A stretch of 64,000 nt of DNA from Candidatus Buchananbacteria bacterium (GTDB lineage Bacteria; Patescibacteriota; Patescibacteriia; 2-01-FULL-39-33; JBAYJR01): contig JBAYJR010000005.1 of the NCBI GenBank assembly GCA_041665005.1, positions 16,312-80,311 on the forward strand. The letters run 5' to 3'. The position numbers and the translations under genes are program-made. Shown in pieces: positions 19,273 to 29,098 of this stretch (position 1 is its first letter; the number at the start of each line of letters is the position of its first letter). The notes beneath the pieces were generated by a model. That model ran no database searches. It saw nothing but the letters and a program-made list of their open reading frames with translations, and was not told the origin of the DNA.

Positions 19273-22056
19273 TTAGCGTGATAAATATTTAATTTGTGAA
19301 TATATTAAGTCATAAACCCAAGCATCCATATGTTGATTTCTAAAATTTTTAATTTTATTCCAAAAACCTTTGTGATTCTTACTATGTTTTAATTCTACCA
19401 TAAAACTAAGAAAAAATCCTTTAGGTTTTAGTAAGCCCAGGTGGTGATAATATTCAATGTTCTTTAAAAACGTAACTATGTTAGTATATAGTTTAAAGTT
19501 AACTTCTTGAGTGGCAATATTACCTGCCAAATCAACGGCTACAACTTTAAAGTTGTGATCACCTACGGTTAACAACGACAAATCTAAAGCTTGTTGGTTA
19601 GTTACTAATTTTCCATCTAAAGTGGCGGTGGTGCTGGCTAACCCAGAAAAAGCATCGGTAGCCACAAAACTAAGGGTAAAAGTGCCGGTATTAAGGTAAT
19701 TTTGGGCTAAAGGCCAATTAATTTGAATTTGCGGGGGCGTAGTGTCTTCGGGTTGTAATTGCACGAGTGGTTCAGTAGAAGTAGCAGAATAAGTTAAAGC
19801 AAAATTATGAATAGTATCAGCAGTAGTAGTGGCAACGAAGGTTTTGGTAAATTCTGCATTATCGGTTAAGTAGGTGGTTTCTAATTCATATTTACCAGCT
19901 CCGGTTCCTTGTGTTTGAATTTGATATTGGCCGGCCTGCGGATTGGGAATTATAATAAATTCCAAATCAGGGTCATAAAAGCTCTGAGAAATTTCCTGGG
20001 TGGTAGTATTGTTGATTAAATCATAACCGACTTTTTGACCATTTGGTGCGGTAATTAGTAAATTAACCGGCGAATGAACAGTAACAAATAAGGCGTTAAA
20101 GATTTTGCCATGATCAATGTAGTTGCTAGTTTCTTGATTGGTTAAAATTTTTATTATTTGTTGTTGAGCGACCGTATTCAAATCACTATGTTCAGCCGTT
20201 AGTTTTATAGAATTTATTTCCTGGCCACCGATAACTGTACTACTTCGTAATGGTACCGTGCCATCACCATTGCCCATCTCTAAGCCTACATTACTGCCCC
20301 CTTCATAAAAGTTTTCCGGATAACCGTCTAGCCATAAATTATTATAAGTTGAATTTACTATTTTGATAATATCATACGTTGACGAATTTCCTAAGTCACC
20401 AACAATGTTGTTGATTTTTGTATTGGTTAATAGTTTTTGTACTTTTGTGGTTTGATTTAGCAGTTCCAAAAATGAATTATAAGGCGAGGTTGGATATTTT
20501 TTTAGATTAAGCGTCTCTTGCTCGCGTAGATAATCATATACTGGCAAAAGCTGGCCGACAGTTGGGATCATATTTCGGACATACTGCGATAAATTTAGAT
20601 AGCCATTTTTTACGGCCTCTATTTTAAATATATATTTAAATAATTTACTTAGTTTATCTGGTCCAAATTCCCCTCCTTCCCAAATTAAGTAAGATTTAGT
20701 AGCTCCCTGATGTGGGGTGCCCAAAAAAATTATTTGGTCAACATCATCAGCATAATTATCGCTTTCAATGTATTCTCTAGCTATTAGACCTCCCATGCTA
20801 TGCGCTACTAAGTCAACTTTTTGACAATTACACAACTGCTTAACCGTAGCAATTTTTTGTTTTAGTAATTCTGCAGTCAAAACATTACCTTGTCGCCATT
20901 GATAAGGAAAACTAAACAGAGTTTTGCCTTCTTGGTAGCCCGCTTCTTTTAAGGCTTGATATAAATTATCATAAGTACCAAAAATTGGATCTAAACGCCA
21001 TTCGCCTTTAACTGGCCAACTACCCAAAATTCCGGGAATCAAAATGACGGGCTGGTCCAGAGAAATTTCTGGGCCTTGGTCTTTGTTTAACCAAGGATCA
21101 AATAAAACATTATCAGAAACTTTATCACCTTTACCGGTAGCATTTAAAACCGACTGATAAGGCCCACTGGGACTACCCCAGTCGTTATTAGTCGCTTCAA
21201 TAGTACTACTGGCTACGGCTTGGCTAACCTTCAAGCCAAAATTAGCATTGCCCTGAAATAAATTGTTTTTAATGGTGGCGGTGCGATTAGCAAAATCAAT
21301 CATTAGGCCAGTTTCACGATTTTCTAGAAATTGGTTGTTGGTTAGCTCTATGGGATTGCTAACTTGAAAATTTATACCGTTGGAGTTGTTCTTGAAAACA
21401 TTATTATCAATAACTAGTTTATTACTGTCTCCACCCCAACGCAGTAAAATTCCATCCGTGCGATTATTAGTGATTTGGCTATTAGTTAAACTGCCCTTAA
21501 AAAATCCATCAATGGCCGCCAAGCCAGGTCCAGGCGCGTTAGCTCCGGCATAGCGTATTTGAATAGAATTTAAAGTTGAGGTAGCGCTATCGGCAAAAGA
21601 CAAACCCTTCCAATCACCGGGTGTTGGCATAATTAAACCAAAATCGCCATCTGTGTCGCCACCAGCACTGTCATCGCGATAAGAAGTAAAGACAATCGGT
21701 TCCGCCGTGGTGCCGACTGCCTGCAAAGAACCTTTAATAATTAATTCGGTTGGCCAAGTGTACCAAGTGCCTTGAAAACGTGGGCCAAATTTTATAACCA
21801 CGCCCGGTTCAATAGTAACCGTGCCGTAACTTAAAATTGTCGCTGCATTTTCTACATAATACGGACTTAAAGCCTTAGTTAAAGTGGCGTTGCCAATTTG
21901 ACCGGCGGGCGACATCCAAGGAATACTGGGCCAAGCCGTGCAGGTTTGACACCAACTGGGCGCTCCCCAAACTTTAAGTGGCAAAAAAATTATAGCCACG
22001 AAAAAAACCACGGTTGAAACAACCTTGGTTAAATAAAAAAATCCTCCCTTTTTCAT
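19273..22056 (-). CDS. secreted multidomain protein: signal peptide, right-handed parallel beta-helix repeats, alpha/beta-hydrolase (lipase-like, GxSxG = AHSMGG) and C-terminal Ig-like domains
   Basis: N-terminal hydrophobic signal; NNxF(K/L)xNxxxGI repeats; VDLVAHSMGGLIAREYI nucleophile elbow; C-terminal region rich in beta strands. Confidence 0.6.
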   Translation of the reverse strand: MKKGGFFYLTKVVSTVVFFVAIIFLPLKVWGAPSWCQTCTAWPSIPWMSPAGQIGNATLTKALSPYYVENAATILSYGTVTIEPGVVIKFGPRFQGTWYTWPTELIIKGSLQAVGTTAEPIVFTSYRDDSAGGDTDGDFGLIMPTPGDWKGLSFADSATSTLNSIQIRYAGANAPGPGLAAIDGFFKGSLTNSQITNNRTDGILLRWGGDSNKLVIDNNVFKNNSNGINFQVSNPIELTNNQFLENRETGLMIDFANRTATIKNNLFQGNANFGLKVSQAVASSTIEATNNDWGSPSGPYQSVLNATGKGDKVSDNVLFDPWLNKDQGPEISLDQPVILIPGILGSWPVKGEWRLDPIFGTYDNLYQALKEAGYQEGKTLFSFPYQWRQGNVLTAELLKQKIATVKQLCNCQKVDLVAHSMGGLIAREYIESDNYADDVDQIIFLGTPHQGATKSYLIWEGGEFGPDKLSKLFKYIFKIEAVKNGYLNLSQYVRNMIPTVGQLLPVYDYLREQETLNLKKYPTSPYNSFLELLNQTTKVQKLLTNTKINNIVGDLGNSSTYDIIKIVNSTYNNLWLDGYPENFYEGGSNVGLEMGNGDGTVPLRSSTVIGGQEINSIKLTAEHSDLNTVAQQQIIKILTNQETSNYIDHGKIFNALFVTVHSPVNLLITAPNGQKVGYDLINNTTTQEISQSFYDPDLEFIIIPNPQAGQYQIQTQGTGAGKYELETTYLTDNAEFTKTFVATTTADTIHNFALTYSATSTEPLVQLQPEDTTPPQIQINWPLAQNYLNTGTFTLSFVATDAFSGLASTTATLDGKLVTNQQALDLSLLTVGDHNFKVVAVDLAGNIATQEVNFKLYTNIVTFLKNIEYYHHLGLLKPKGFFLSFMVELKHSKNHKGFWNKIKNFRNQHMDAWVYDLIYSQIKYLSR

Positions 22057-22145
22057 TTTCTTAAATTAATTTTTAAAATATTTAATCTTTTTTTATATTA
22101 TACTACCCTGTCAAAAAGATTTCAAATGATTTTTTAGATAAGTTG

Positions 22146-23015
22146 CTATTTGGAAATTAATCCAGCAGTAAGCACCAGTATTAAGCCTAAAAAATATACT
22201 GGTAGCAGTGCTTCGTGAAAAAATATAACGATTAAAACCGCCGCTAAAATTGGGGTTAAAAAAAGCAATGGTGCAATAAAGGAAGTTTTGGCGTAGCTTA
22301 AGCCTTTTAACCATAAAACATAAGAAAAGCCGTTAATGAAAATTCCATTAACTAAAATAAGTAGCCAAGAGTTTTTAGCCGGGAAAACAAAGTGAGAAAA
22401 AATAATCATACTAAAAAAGGAAAAGATCGTGGCAGAAATAAAGAAAATAGTAGTAGCTGAATAGGGTTCAAGATTAATTTTTTTACTAAGAACAGAAAAA
22501 AGACCAAAGACTAAAGCGGCAAGTAAAACAACTAAGTCAACGGCTAGGTTTCCTAAATAAATTTGATTGAATTCGCCTTTGGTTAATACTAGCAGCACCA
22601 CTAAAAAACCTAAAATAATAGCTATAATATTTTGATTTTTTATTTTTTCTTTAAGAAAAATTATGGAAAACAGCACAATAAATATCGGCCAAGTGTATTG
22701 AATAACTAAAACTTCCAGCCCGCGAGCCCTGGCGTAACCAAAATACAGTAAGAGATAATACAAAAAACAACCTAAAAATCCTAGGCCAAGAGCAGACCAT
22801 AGGTTGTGACCGGTATAATTTTTAAAATTTTTAAACTTTTTGGTTACTAAACAACTTGCCGCGAGAGCAAAAAACGATAATAAACTTGACCAAAATAAAA
22901 ATTGATAGTTATCTAAGCTTTGTTGGCCAAGCCGGGAAACCACGGGAATTAAAGCCCATAAGCCTATACAGACTAAGATATATATTAACGCTTTAGTTTT
23001 ATTTTCTTTTTCCAT
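22146..23015 (-). CDS. EamA/DMT-family transporter
   Basis: 10-TM profile with two EamA-like halves. Confidence 0.65.
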   Translation of the reverse strand: MEKENKTKALIYILVCIGLWALIPVVSRLGQQSLDNYQFLFWSSLLSFFALAASCLVTKKFKNFKNYTGHNLWSALGLGFLGCFLYYLLLYFGYARARGLEVLVIQYTWPIFIVLFSIIFLKEKIKNQNIIAIILGFLVVLLVLTKGEFNQIYLGNLAVDLVVLLAALVFGLFSVLSKKINLEPYSATTIFFISATIFSFFSMIIFSHFVFPAKNSWLLILVNGIFINGFSYVLWLKGLSYAKTSFIAPLLFLTPILAAVLIVIFFHEALLPVYFLGLILVLTAGLISK

Positions 23016-23040
23016 GTTTAGAATTATAACAAAAAGTCTA

Positions 23041-23691
23041 TTAGGTGACTATTGCTTTTATTCTTTTAATTGCCTTGGGCATATTTCTCATCCCCTGTCC
23101 CACTGGATAATAAACGGGGTAAACTTTGAACTTTTTGTCTTTGATGGTTAATATTTCGCTATTAGTTTCTTGATATTCAGAAACTTTAATATTTTTATTT
23201 AGCAAAATAGAGGAAACTTGATTACCAAAAGAAATAATATGATCGGGATTTATAAGGTATATTTCTTCCAAGGTGTTTCGCAAGTAATTTCTAAATACCT
23301 CGTTTTTTAGAGCCCTAGCATCTATTTGCGTGCATTTTGCAAGATTAGTAATATAAATGGATTTTTTACTTAAACTACTATATAATACGTTAACAAATTT
23401 TTCATTCCAAGCAGCTCGGTTATTGTTTTGAGTGGAGTCAAAAATATCTTTTTCTAAGAATCCCAAAGCAAAAAACATTTTCCAAATATTTTTTGTTCCT
23501 ATCCACGGAGCCCGTAATCCTTGCCAGCTAAACACCGCAGAATAATTTTTAGCGGTTGGATTCATAAATAAGAACAAATTTTGAGGATTTTTAAGACAAC
23601 CCGCTCCGTAAATGGCATAGTGTTTAGTACTACCATAATGCTTTTGTAGCTTATCAACTTCAGGCTTAAGGTGTTCTAATTGTAATTTCAT
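23041..23691 (-). CDS. uracil-DNA-glycosylase-superfamily protein (family-4-like, with an atypical motif 1)
   Basis: YITNLAKC matches the UDG family 4/5 motif (F/Y)ITN(L/V)VKC. FMNPTA sits where GEAPG/GMNPG would be. C-terminal SFGNQVSS region. Confidence 0.4.
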   Translation of the reverse strand: MKLQLEHLKPEVDKLQKHYGSTKHYAIYGAGCLKNPQNLFLFMNPTAKNYSAVFSWQGLRAPWIGTKNIWKMFFALGFLEKDIFDSTQNNNRAAWNEKFVNVLYSSLSKKSIYITNLAKCTQIDARALKNEVFRNYLRNTLEEIYLINPDHIISFGNQVSSILLNKNIKVSEYQETNSEILTIKDKKFKVYPVYYPVGQGMRNMPKAIKRIKAIVT

Positions 23692-23789
23692 CTATATATT
23701 TTAACAAAAAATTGCCTAACTGGCGATTTTAAATTTCTATAAGATGAAAAATGTTAAATGAGCTAAACAACATTTTAATTATTTTTGTA

Positions 23790-23824
23790 TAAAAAAGCGC
23801 CGTACCTTTTGGTCGGCGCATTTT
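23790..23824. terminator. rho-independent terminator
   Basis: GCGCCG-tacctttt-GGTCGGCGC hairpin flanked by A- and T-runs. Confidence 0.4.
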
Positions 23825-23833
23825 AAATCATTT

Positions 23834-25312
23834 TTACTGCCTAGAAAGATTTTTTAGCTTGTCCAATGCGGCAATTGGTACAGTGCCACCAAGCGCCTGA
23901 CACTTTTTGAAGTCAGCCCAAGCCTTATCATTTTCGCCCTTGGCTTGATAGGCAAAGCCACGATGCAAAAAAGATGAAGCATCTCCCCATAACTGCACGG
24001 TTTTAGACCAATCAGCAATTGCTCGGTCATAATCTCCCTTTGCGTAATATGGGAAACCGCGATCGCGATAAGCCTCAGAAAAACCAGGTTCTAATGCAAT
24101 AGCTTTAGTGTAATCAGTAATTGCTTGGTCAAGATCACCCTTCAGCTCGAAACATCTGCCCCGATAAATATAGGGCACACTAAAGATCGGCTCTAGTTCT
24201 ATGACTTTTGACCAATCGGCAATTGCTCGGTCATAAGCACTAATCTTATAGTACGTAAAAGCACGATTGTGATAAGCATCGTAATCTTTCGGATCTAACT
24301 CAATGGCTTTGGAGCAATCAGCGATAGCTTGCTCATAGTATCCTTTTTCATAAAAAGCCCGACCGCGATAATTGTATGCTTCAGCTAAAGTTGGATCTAA
24401 CTCAAGGGCCTTGGAACAATCAGCGATAGTCTTATCAAAGTTGCGTTCTTGACAGGCAGTCTCGGCCCGCCAAACAAACATCATCGCCTCTCGTGATTTA
24501 GGCTGCGCTGTAGGGGTGGTTGATTTTGCATCTGTTGCTGAATTATTCTTGTAATTTTCTTTACTTTCCAACCTCCAAGTCGTTCCCCCATCAGAGGTAC
24601 GAAAAATGTAAAGTAGCTTAGGGCCAACAAAAGCAGATCTATTCCATAAAATTTCACATTTAGAATCAGTCCAAATGCTTGCTGGAGGCATTATTAACCT
24701 GTAGTCACTAAAATTTCCTTCTAACAAGTTATTTTGTCTAACATACAGCGAAAGATTTTTTGCGCTTTCTTCTAAAGTTATACTACTTTGTCTGATTGCT
24801 TTGGTTTCTTCCCAAGAATGAAGTGATTTTAAGCTTTTATTTAGAACGCTCCAACCGCTAAAACAAATCAAGCCAAAAATAATTAGCGCACCCAATACTA
24901 TCGATAAAACTCCCGCATCGCTGATTTCGTTGCTTGTGCCTCCACTAGTCCAATTATCATCACCATAAGAACTTTCGTGATAACTTGGACTGCTTTCTGG
25001 TTCTGAGCTTTCATAATTTTCGTCGTCGCCATCAGTGTTACTTTCGCTACTAGGCTTTGAGTTATCATTGTCACCCCCAAAGCTGAACCAATCAGAACTG
25101 CTTTCGTCGGAACTAGGCTTAGATTTTCCTTCATAATAACTATCTGAGGGGTCAGCGTTTTTAAGATGAGAAAATGCGTCCCTATCGGCCTCTTCTTGAG
25201 TAAAACCAGCACCCCTACCAATATTTCCATCACGATCTTCTACTTTTGCATTGCAAACTCCCAAAACAGCACCAAAGATATCCGTTGTGTTTGTTGTCTT
25301 ATAATCTCCCAT
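23834..25312 (-). CDS. membrane-anchored TPR-repeat protein with an acidic Ser/Asp/Glu-rich low-complexity N-terminal region
   Basis: One TM helix (ISDAGVLSIVLGALIIFGLICF). At least 5 TPR units (AEAYNYRGRAFYEKGYYEQAIADCSKAIELDP...). Confidence 0.7.
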   Translation of the reverse strand: MGDYKTTNTTDIFGAVLGVCNAKVEDRDGNIGRGAGFTQEEADRDAFSHLKNADPSDSYYEGKSKPSSDESSSDWFSFGGDNDNSKPSSESNTDGDDENYESSEPESSPSYHESSYGDDNWTSGGTSNEISDAGVLSIVLGALIIFGLICFSGWSVLNKSLKSLHSWEETKAIRQSSITLEESAKNLSLYVRQNNLLEGNFSDYRLIMPPASIWTDSKCEILWNRSAFVGPKLLYIFRTSDGGTTWRLESKENYKNNSATDAKSTTPTAQPKSREAMMFVWRAETACQERNFDKTIADCSKALELDPTLAEAYNYRGRAFYEKGYYEQAIADCSKAIELDPKDYDAYHNRAFTYYKISAYDRAIADWSKVIELEPIFSVPYIYRGRCFELKGDLDQAITDYTKAIALEPGFSEAYRDRGFPYYAKGDYDRAIADWSKTVQLWGDASSFLHRGFAYQAKGENDKAWADFKKCQALGGTVPIAALDKLKNLSRQ

Positions 25313-25389
25313 AATATTCCTCCTTTTTTGAAATTATTGATATTATATCAACATCTTAGCTTAAACCCAAAGTAAAAACCTGTCAAGCC

Positions 25390-25418
25390 AAAAAAGTCGC
25401 CAGTTAGGCGACTTTTTT
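25390..25418. terminator. bidirectional rho-independent terminator
   Basis: AAAAAAGTCGCC-agtta-GGCGACTTTTTT. Confidence 0.5.
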
Positions 25419-25429
25419 AAATAAGGATG

Positions 25430-26689
25430 TTATTTTTTTAATTCCCCTTCAATTTCCATTACGCGATTATATTTAGCCACTCGTTCGGAACGGGATAAAC
25501 TTCCGGCTTTAAGATAATCAGCGTTAACGGCTACGGCTAGGTCGGCGATAAAAGTATCTTCGGTTTCGCCGGAGCGATGAGAAATAATTACTTTATAGCC
25601 ATGTTTTTTTGCTAAACGAATCGCGGTTAAAGTTTCGGTTAAACTACCAATTTGATTAACTTTAATCAAAATCGCATTTGCTACCTGGTTATCAATTCCC
25701 TGTTGTAAACGTTTAGGATCGGTGGTAAATAAATCGTCGCCTACTAAATGTACTTTTTTTCCTAAAACTTTAGTTAATTTTTGCCAAGTCGACCAATCAT
25801 CTTCCGCCAACGGATCTTCTAAAGAAATTATGGGATATTTGGCCACCAATTGTTCCAAATATTTAATAAACTCTTCGCCACTTAATTTACGACCGGCATT
25901 TTTTAGCTCGTATTGATTAGTTTGGCTGTTAAAAAATTCTGAAGAAGCTAAATCAATGGCGATGGCCACCTCTCGACCAGCCCGGTAGCCGGTTTCTTTA
26001 ATGGCAGTCATTAACAAATCTAATGAGTCTTCGGCAGTTTTGAGTTGTGGCGCAAACCCACCTTCATCACCCACGGCAGTGTTTAATTTTTTAGCTTTTA
26101 AAATCTTTTTTAAAGTTTGAAAAATTTCTGAGCCGCAACGAACGCGCTCGGCAAAAGTTGCTTGTTGTGGCACCAACATAAATTCTTGCCAATCCGCAGC
26201 CCAATTAGCGTGGGCGCCACCATTTAAAACATTCATCATCGGTTTAGGTAATTTCCAAGCAGTTTCTTTTAGACCAGAAAGTTGACGTAAATATTTAAAC
26301 AATGAAATTTTTTTACTGTTCGCGGCCGCTTGGGCGCAAGCTAAAGAAACTGCTAAAATCGCATTAGCACCAAGTTTGTTTTTATTAGGCGTGCCGTCTA
26401 ATTCTAGCATTAATTGATCTAAACCGGATTGTTTCGTTACTTCAAAGCCTTTTAATTTTGGGGCAATTTTTTTGTTAACATTAGCAACAGCCTTTAAAAC
26501 GCCCTTACCATGATAGCGTTTAATATTACCATCACGTAGTTCTAGGGCTTCGTGAACGCCCGTAGAAGCGCCACTAGGCACCATGGCTTGACCAATTGTT
26601 CCATCACTAAGTAAAACTTTGGCGGCAATAGTCGGGTTACCGCGAGAATCAACTATTTCTCGCGCGGTAATATTTTTTATTTTTGGCAT
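25430..26689 (-). CDS. eno: enolase (phosphopyruvate hydratase)
   Basis: AREIVDSRGNPT and ILIKVNQIGSLTET motifs. The track start at 26701 is a TTG; ATG 26687-26689 (MPKIKNI...) is the likely start. Confidence 0.9.
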   Translation of the reverse strand: MPKIKNITAREIVDSRGNPTIAAKVLLSDGTIGQAMVPSGASTGVHEALELRDGNIKRYHGKGVLKAVANVNKKIAPKLKGFEVTKQSGLDQLMLELDGTPNKNKLGANAILAVSLACAQAAANSKKISLFKYLRQLSGLKETAWKLPKPMMNVLNGGAHANWAADWQEFMLVPQQATFAERVRCGSEIFQTLKKILKAKKLNTAVGDEGGFAPQLKTAEDSLDLLMTAIKETGYRAGREVAIAIDLASSEFFNSQTNQYELKNAGRKLSGEEFIKYLEQLVAKYPIISLEDPLAEDDWSTWQKLTKVLGKKVHLVGDDLFTTDPKRLQQGIDNQVANAILIKVNQIGSLTETLTAIRLAKKHGYKVIISHRSGETEDTFIADLAVAVNADYLKAGSLSRSERVAKYNRVMEIEGELKK

Positions 26690-26708
26690 AGTTTTTTGCA
26701 ATTAGTTA

Positions 26709-26993
26709 TTATTGTTCTAAGGAAAATTCTCGTTCTTCTTTTTCGCTAATTAAAGTTTTTAAAAGCTCAATTAATTCTTCAGTCTGAGTTGAGGTTAATG
26801 AATCTAATCCCCGAGCCTCTAGGCCATCATTGATGTTTCGGGTTATTTCTTCGGCGCTAATTCCCGCTTCATATTCTTCATGCATAATGTCGGCATCTTC
26901 TTGGGTAATGCCAAAATCGTTAGCAATGTCAATTAAACGTTGATCAGTTTTGCCGCTAACGGCGTAATTTTGGGTTTCTCTTAGTTCGGACAT
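26709..26993 (-). CDS. small acidic hypothetical protein
   Basis: 94 aa, Glu/Asp-rich, lying between pgk and eno. Confidence 0.35.
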   Translation of the reverse strand: MSELRETQNYAVSGKTDQRLIDIANDFGITQEDADIMHEEYEAGISAEEITRNINDGLEARGLDSLTSTQTEELIELLKTLISEKEEREFSLEQ

Positions 26994-27000
26994 AAATAAT

Positions 27001-28119
27001 TTAGTTAATAATTAACTTTTTTAAACCTGGCAAGGTTTGACCAGAAAAAAATTCTAGCATCGCTCCTCCACCAGTGGACACAAATATATTATTTTTAATT
27101 TTTAAACCTTTAAGCGCCGTTAAAGTTTCTCCACCGCCCAAAACAGCTTTAGCGGAACTAGTAGTGATTGCCCGGGCAATTGTTTTAGTCGCCCGTGCAA
27201 ACTGAGGCTGTTCAAAATAACCCAGCGGACCATTCCAAATAATACTTTTAGCAGATTTAATTAGTTGACAATATTGTTTAATGGTTTTGGGCCCAAGATC
27301 TAAAATCATTTCTTGATTATTTAGTTTACCAAAAATATAATCTTGAGGAATAATAATTTTTTTGTTGGCTAATAATTTTTTAGCCAAGTTTAGTTGTTTT
27401 GGTTCAATTAAAGATTGTTTAATATCAAAACCTTTGGCGGCTAAAAAGTTGTTAGCCAAAGCGCCGCCCAATAGTAAGTAATCATATTTGGTTAATAAGT
27501 TTTTGATGATTAAAATTTTGTCAGAAATTTTAGCCCCGCCAATAATAGCCACGGCTGGATGTTTGGGGTTTAAAGCTTGACTTAAATTTTTTGCTTCTTT
27601 AATTACCAATAAACCAGCGTAGCTTGGTAGATAATGGGTAATTTTTTCTGTGGAGGCCTGCGCTCGGTGAATAGTACCAAAGGCATCCATTACAAATAGC
27701 TCGGCTAAACCGGCTAAAAGTTTGGCTAGCTTGGGACTGTTTTTTTCTTCTTCGGGATAAAATCTAATATTTTCTAGCAAACTTAGGGATTGACCGGCGA
27801 GTTGTTTTTTAGCAAAATCAAAATTTTTAATTAAATCGGTTTGGATAAAAGCAACCGGTTGCTTAAGCAGTCGCGCCAACTCATTAGCGACTGGTCGTAA
27901 AGAAAATTCTTTAACTTTATGACCATTAGGGCGACCTAAGTGTGAACAAAGAATAATTTTAACTCCCTTTTTTTGGAGTAGTTTAATGGTTGGCAAAGAT
28001 TCAACAATTTTTTGATTATTAACCACCCGATCCCCTTTTAATTTGACGTTAAAATCTACTCGCACCAGAGCAGTTTGACCAGCTAAATTTTTAATACTTT
28101 GAATTGACCGAATATTCAT
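27001..28119 (-). CDS. pgk: phosphoglycerate kinase
   Basis: VRVDFNV N-terminal motif and the GGGA/GGGE nucleotide-binding region; 372 aa. Confidence 0.9.
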   Translation of the reverse strand: MNIRSIQSIKNLAGQTALVRVDFNVKLKGDRVVNNQKIVESLPTIKLLQKKGVKIILCSHLGRPNGHKVKEFSLRPVANELARLLKQPVAFIQTDLIKNFDFAKKQLAGQSLSLLENIRFYPEEEKNSPKLAKLLAGLAELFVMDAFGTIHRAQASTEKITHYLPSYAGLLVIKEAKNLSQALNPKHPAVAIIGGAKISDKILIIKNLLTKYDYLLLGGALANNFLAAKGFDIKQSLIEPKQLNLAKKLLANKKIIIPQDYIFGKLNNQEMILDLGPKTIKQYCQLIKSAKSIIWNGPLGYFEQPQFARATKTIARAITTSSAKAVLGGGETLTALKGLKIKNNIFVSTGGGAMLEFFSGQTLPGLKKLIIN

Positions 28120-28194
28120 AAAAGTTATTTTATTATAACACGACTTTTATTTTAAAAAAAGTGGCTTAATTTTGTGGATTAAGCCAGATTAATT

Positions 28195-28773
28195 TTAGTG
28201 CAAATCTCCCAGGACTTCGCCAATCGTAACCTTGTCTCCTAAAGCGATAGTTAAGCTTACCCTATCGGCTGGTAATGTAATCATTACCAGGCTACCAAAA
28301 CAGATTAAACCCAATTCTTGTCCGGCTTCACAGACTTGGTCCAAAGTTAGATAGTTAATAATTCTTCTTGGTAGGTAGCCACTATATTGGGTGATACTGT
28401 AGGTCCAGTTACTGACCTCAATAGTGGTGACAAGGCGATTTTGTTTTCTAATTATTCGCCCCAGTTTTCTTAGGGTAGTGCTAGTGTTAACAATTTGGTA
28501 TTCGCCGGGAATTCTTTCTAAACTGATTACTCGGCCAGCCAGGGGCACATATTGCCGATGAACATTAAAGAGGTTTAACAAAATATACACCTCTATATAT
28601 GTATCAGTTTTATTAATTGGCTGGTCGTAGCAAATTTTTACAATTTTACCCTCAGCTGGCGAAATTAACTTGCCGGGCTTAATTGTATAAACAAGCGGGT
28701 GGCGAAAAAATACAATCAGAAACAATATCACTAAAACTACTACGGTAATTAAACTTGTGAGTAAAAGGTACAT
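28195..28773 (-). CDS. psd: phosphatidylserine decarboxylase-family proenzyme (short, archaeal-type)
   Basis: N-terminal TM helix, ISPAEGKI (SPADG-like), VHRQYVPL (catalytic His region) and an FGS motif (CFGSLV) at the pyruvoyl-forming serine. Confidence 0.55.
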   Translation of the reverse strand: MYLLLTSLITVVVLVILFLIVFFRHPLVYTIKPGKLISPAEGKIVKICYDQPINKTDTYIEVYILLNLFNVHRQYVPLAGRVISLERIPGEYQIVNTSTTLRKLGRIIRKQNRLVTTIEVSNWTYSITQYSGYLPRRIINYLTLDQVCEAGQELGLICFGSLVMITLPADRVSLTIALGDKVTIGEVLGDLH

Positions 28774-28784
28774 GAGATACCCTC

Positions 28785-29039
28785 CTATTTTCCTTCAATT
28801 GATACAACAGTCCAAGTATGCCCGGTTATTGACTTAATGTCAATAGTCAAGCCTTCCGCCAAGGTATTTTTAGCCAATAATCTAAGATTAAACTTTAAAT
28901 TAGCAGGCTTAATTAATTCTCCATGTTCCATTAAGTCACCCAAAGTAAGCTTAAGCTTAGTGATTTTATGTAAGTTATTTTTTTGAGCTTGTTCTAAAAT
29001 AACTTTTATAATTTTATTAGCTTCGTGTAAATCGTGCAT
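28785..29039 (-). CDS. hypA: HypA-like hydrogenase nickel-insertion protein, N-terminal Ni-binding domain only (no Zn-finger)
   Basis: The MHDLHEAN...KITKLKLTLGDL...TLAEGLTIDI pattern matches HypA (MHE Ni site, TxAEGAxLxI). The protein ends before the CxxC...CxxC zinc module. Confidence 0.45.
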   Translation of the reverse strand: MHDLHEANKIIKVILEQAQKNNLHKITKLKLTLGDLMEHGELIKPANLKFNLRLLAKNTLAEGLTIDIKSITGHTWTVVSIEGK

Positions 29040-29098
29040 AATATTAATTTAAAAATTAAAATGCAAAATTCAAAATTTTTATTTAATTAAATTCTGTT

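Noticed and set aside
22111-22314. 67-aa ORF overlapping the 3' end of the EamA transporter gene.
   Set aside because: Same-strand overlap in another frame inside a well-supported membrane-protein gene. No independent signals.
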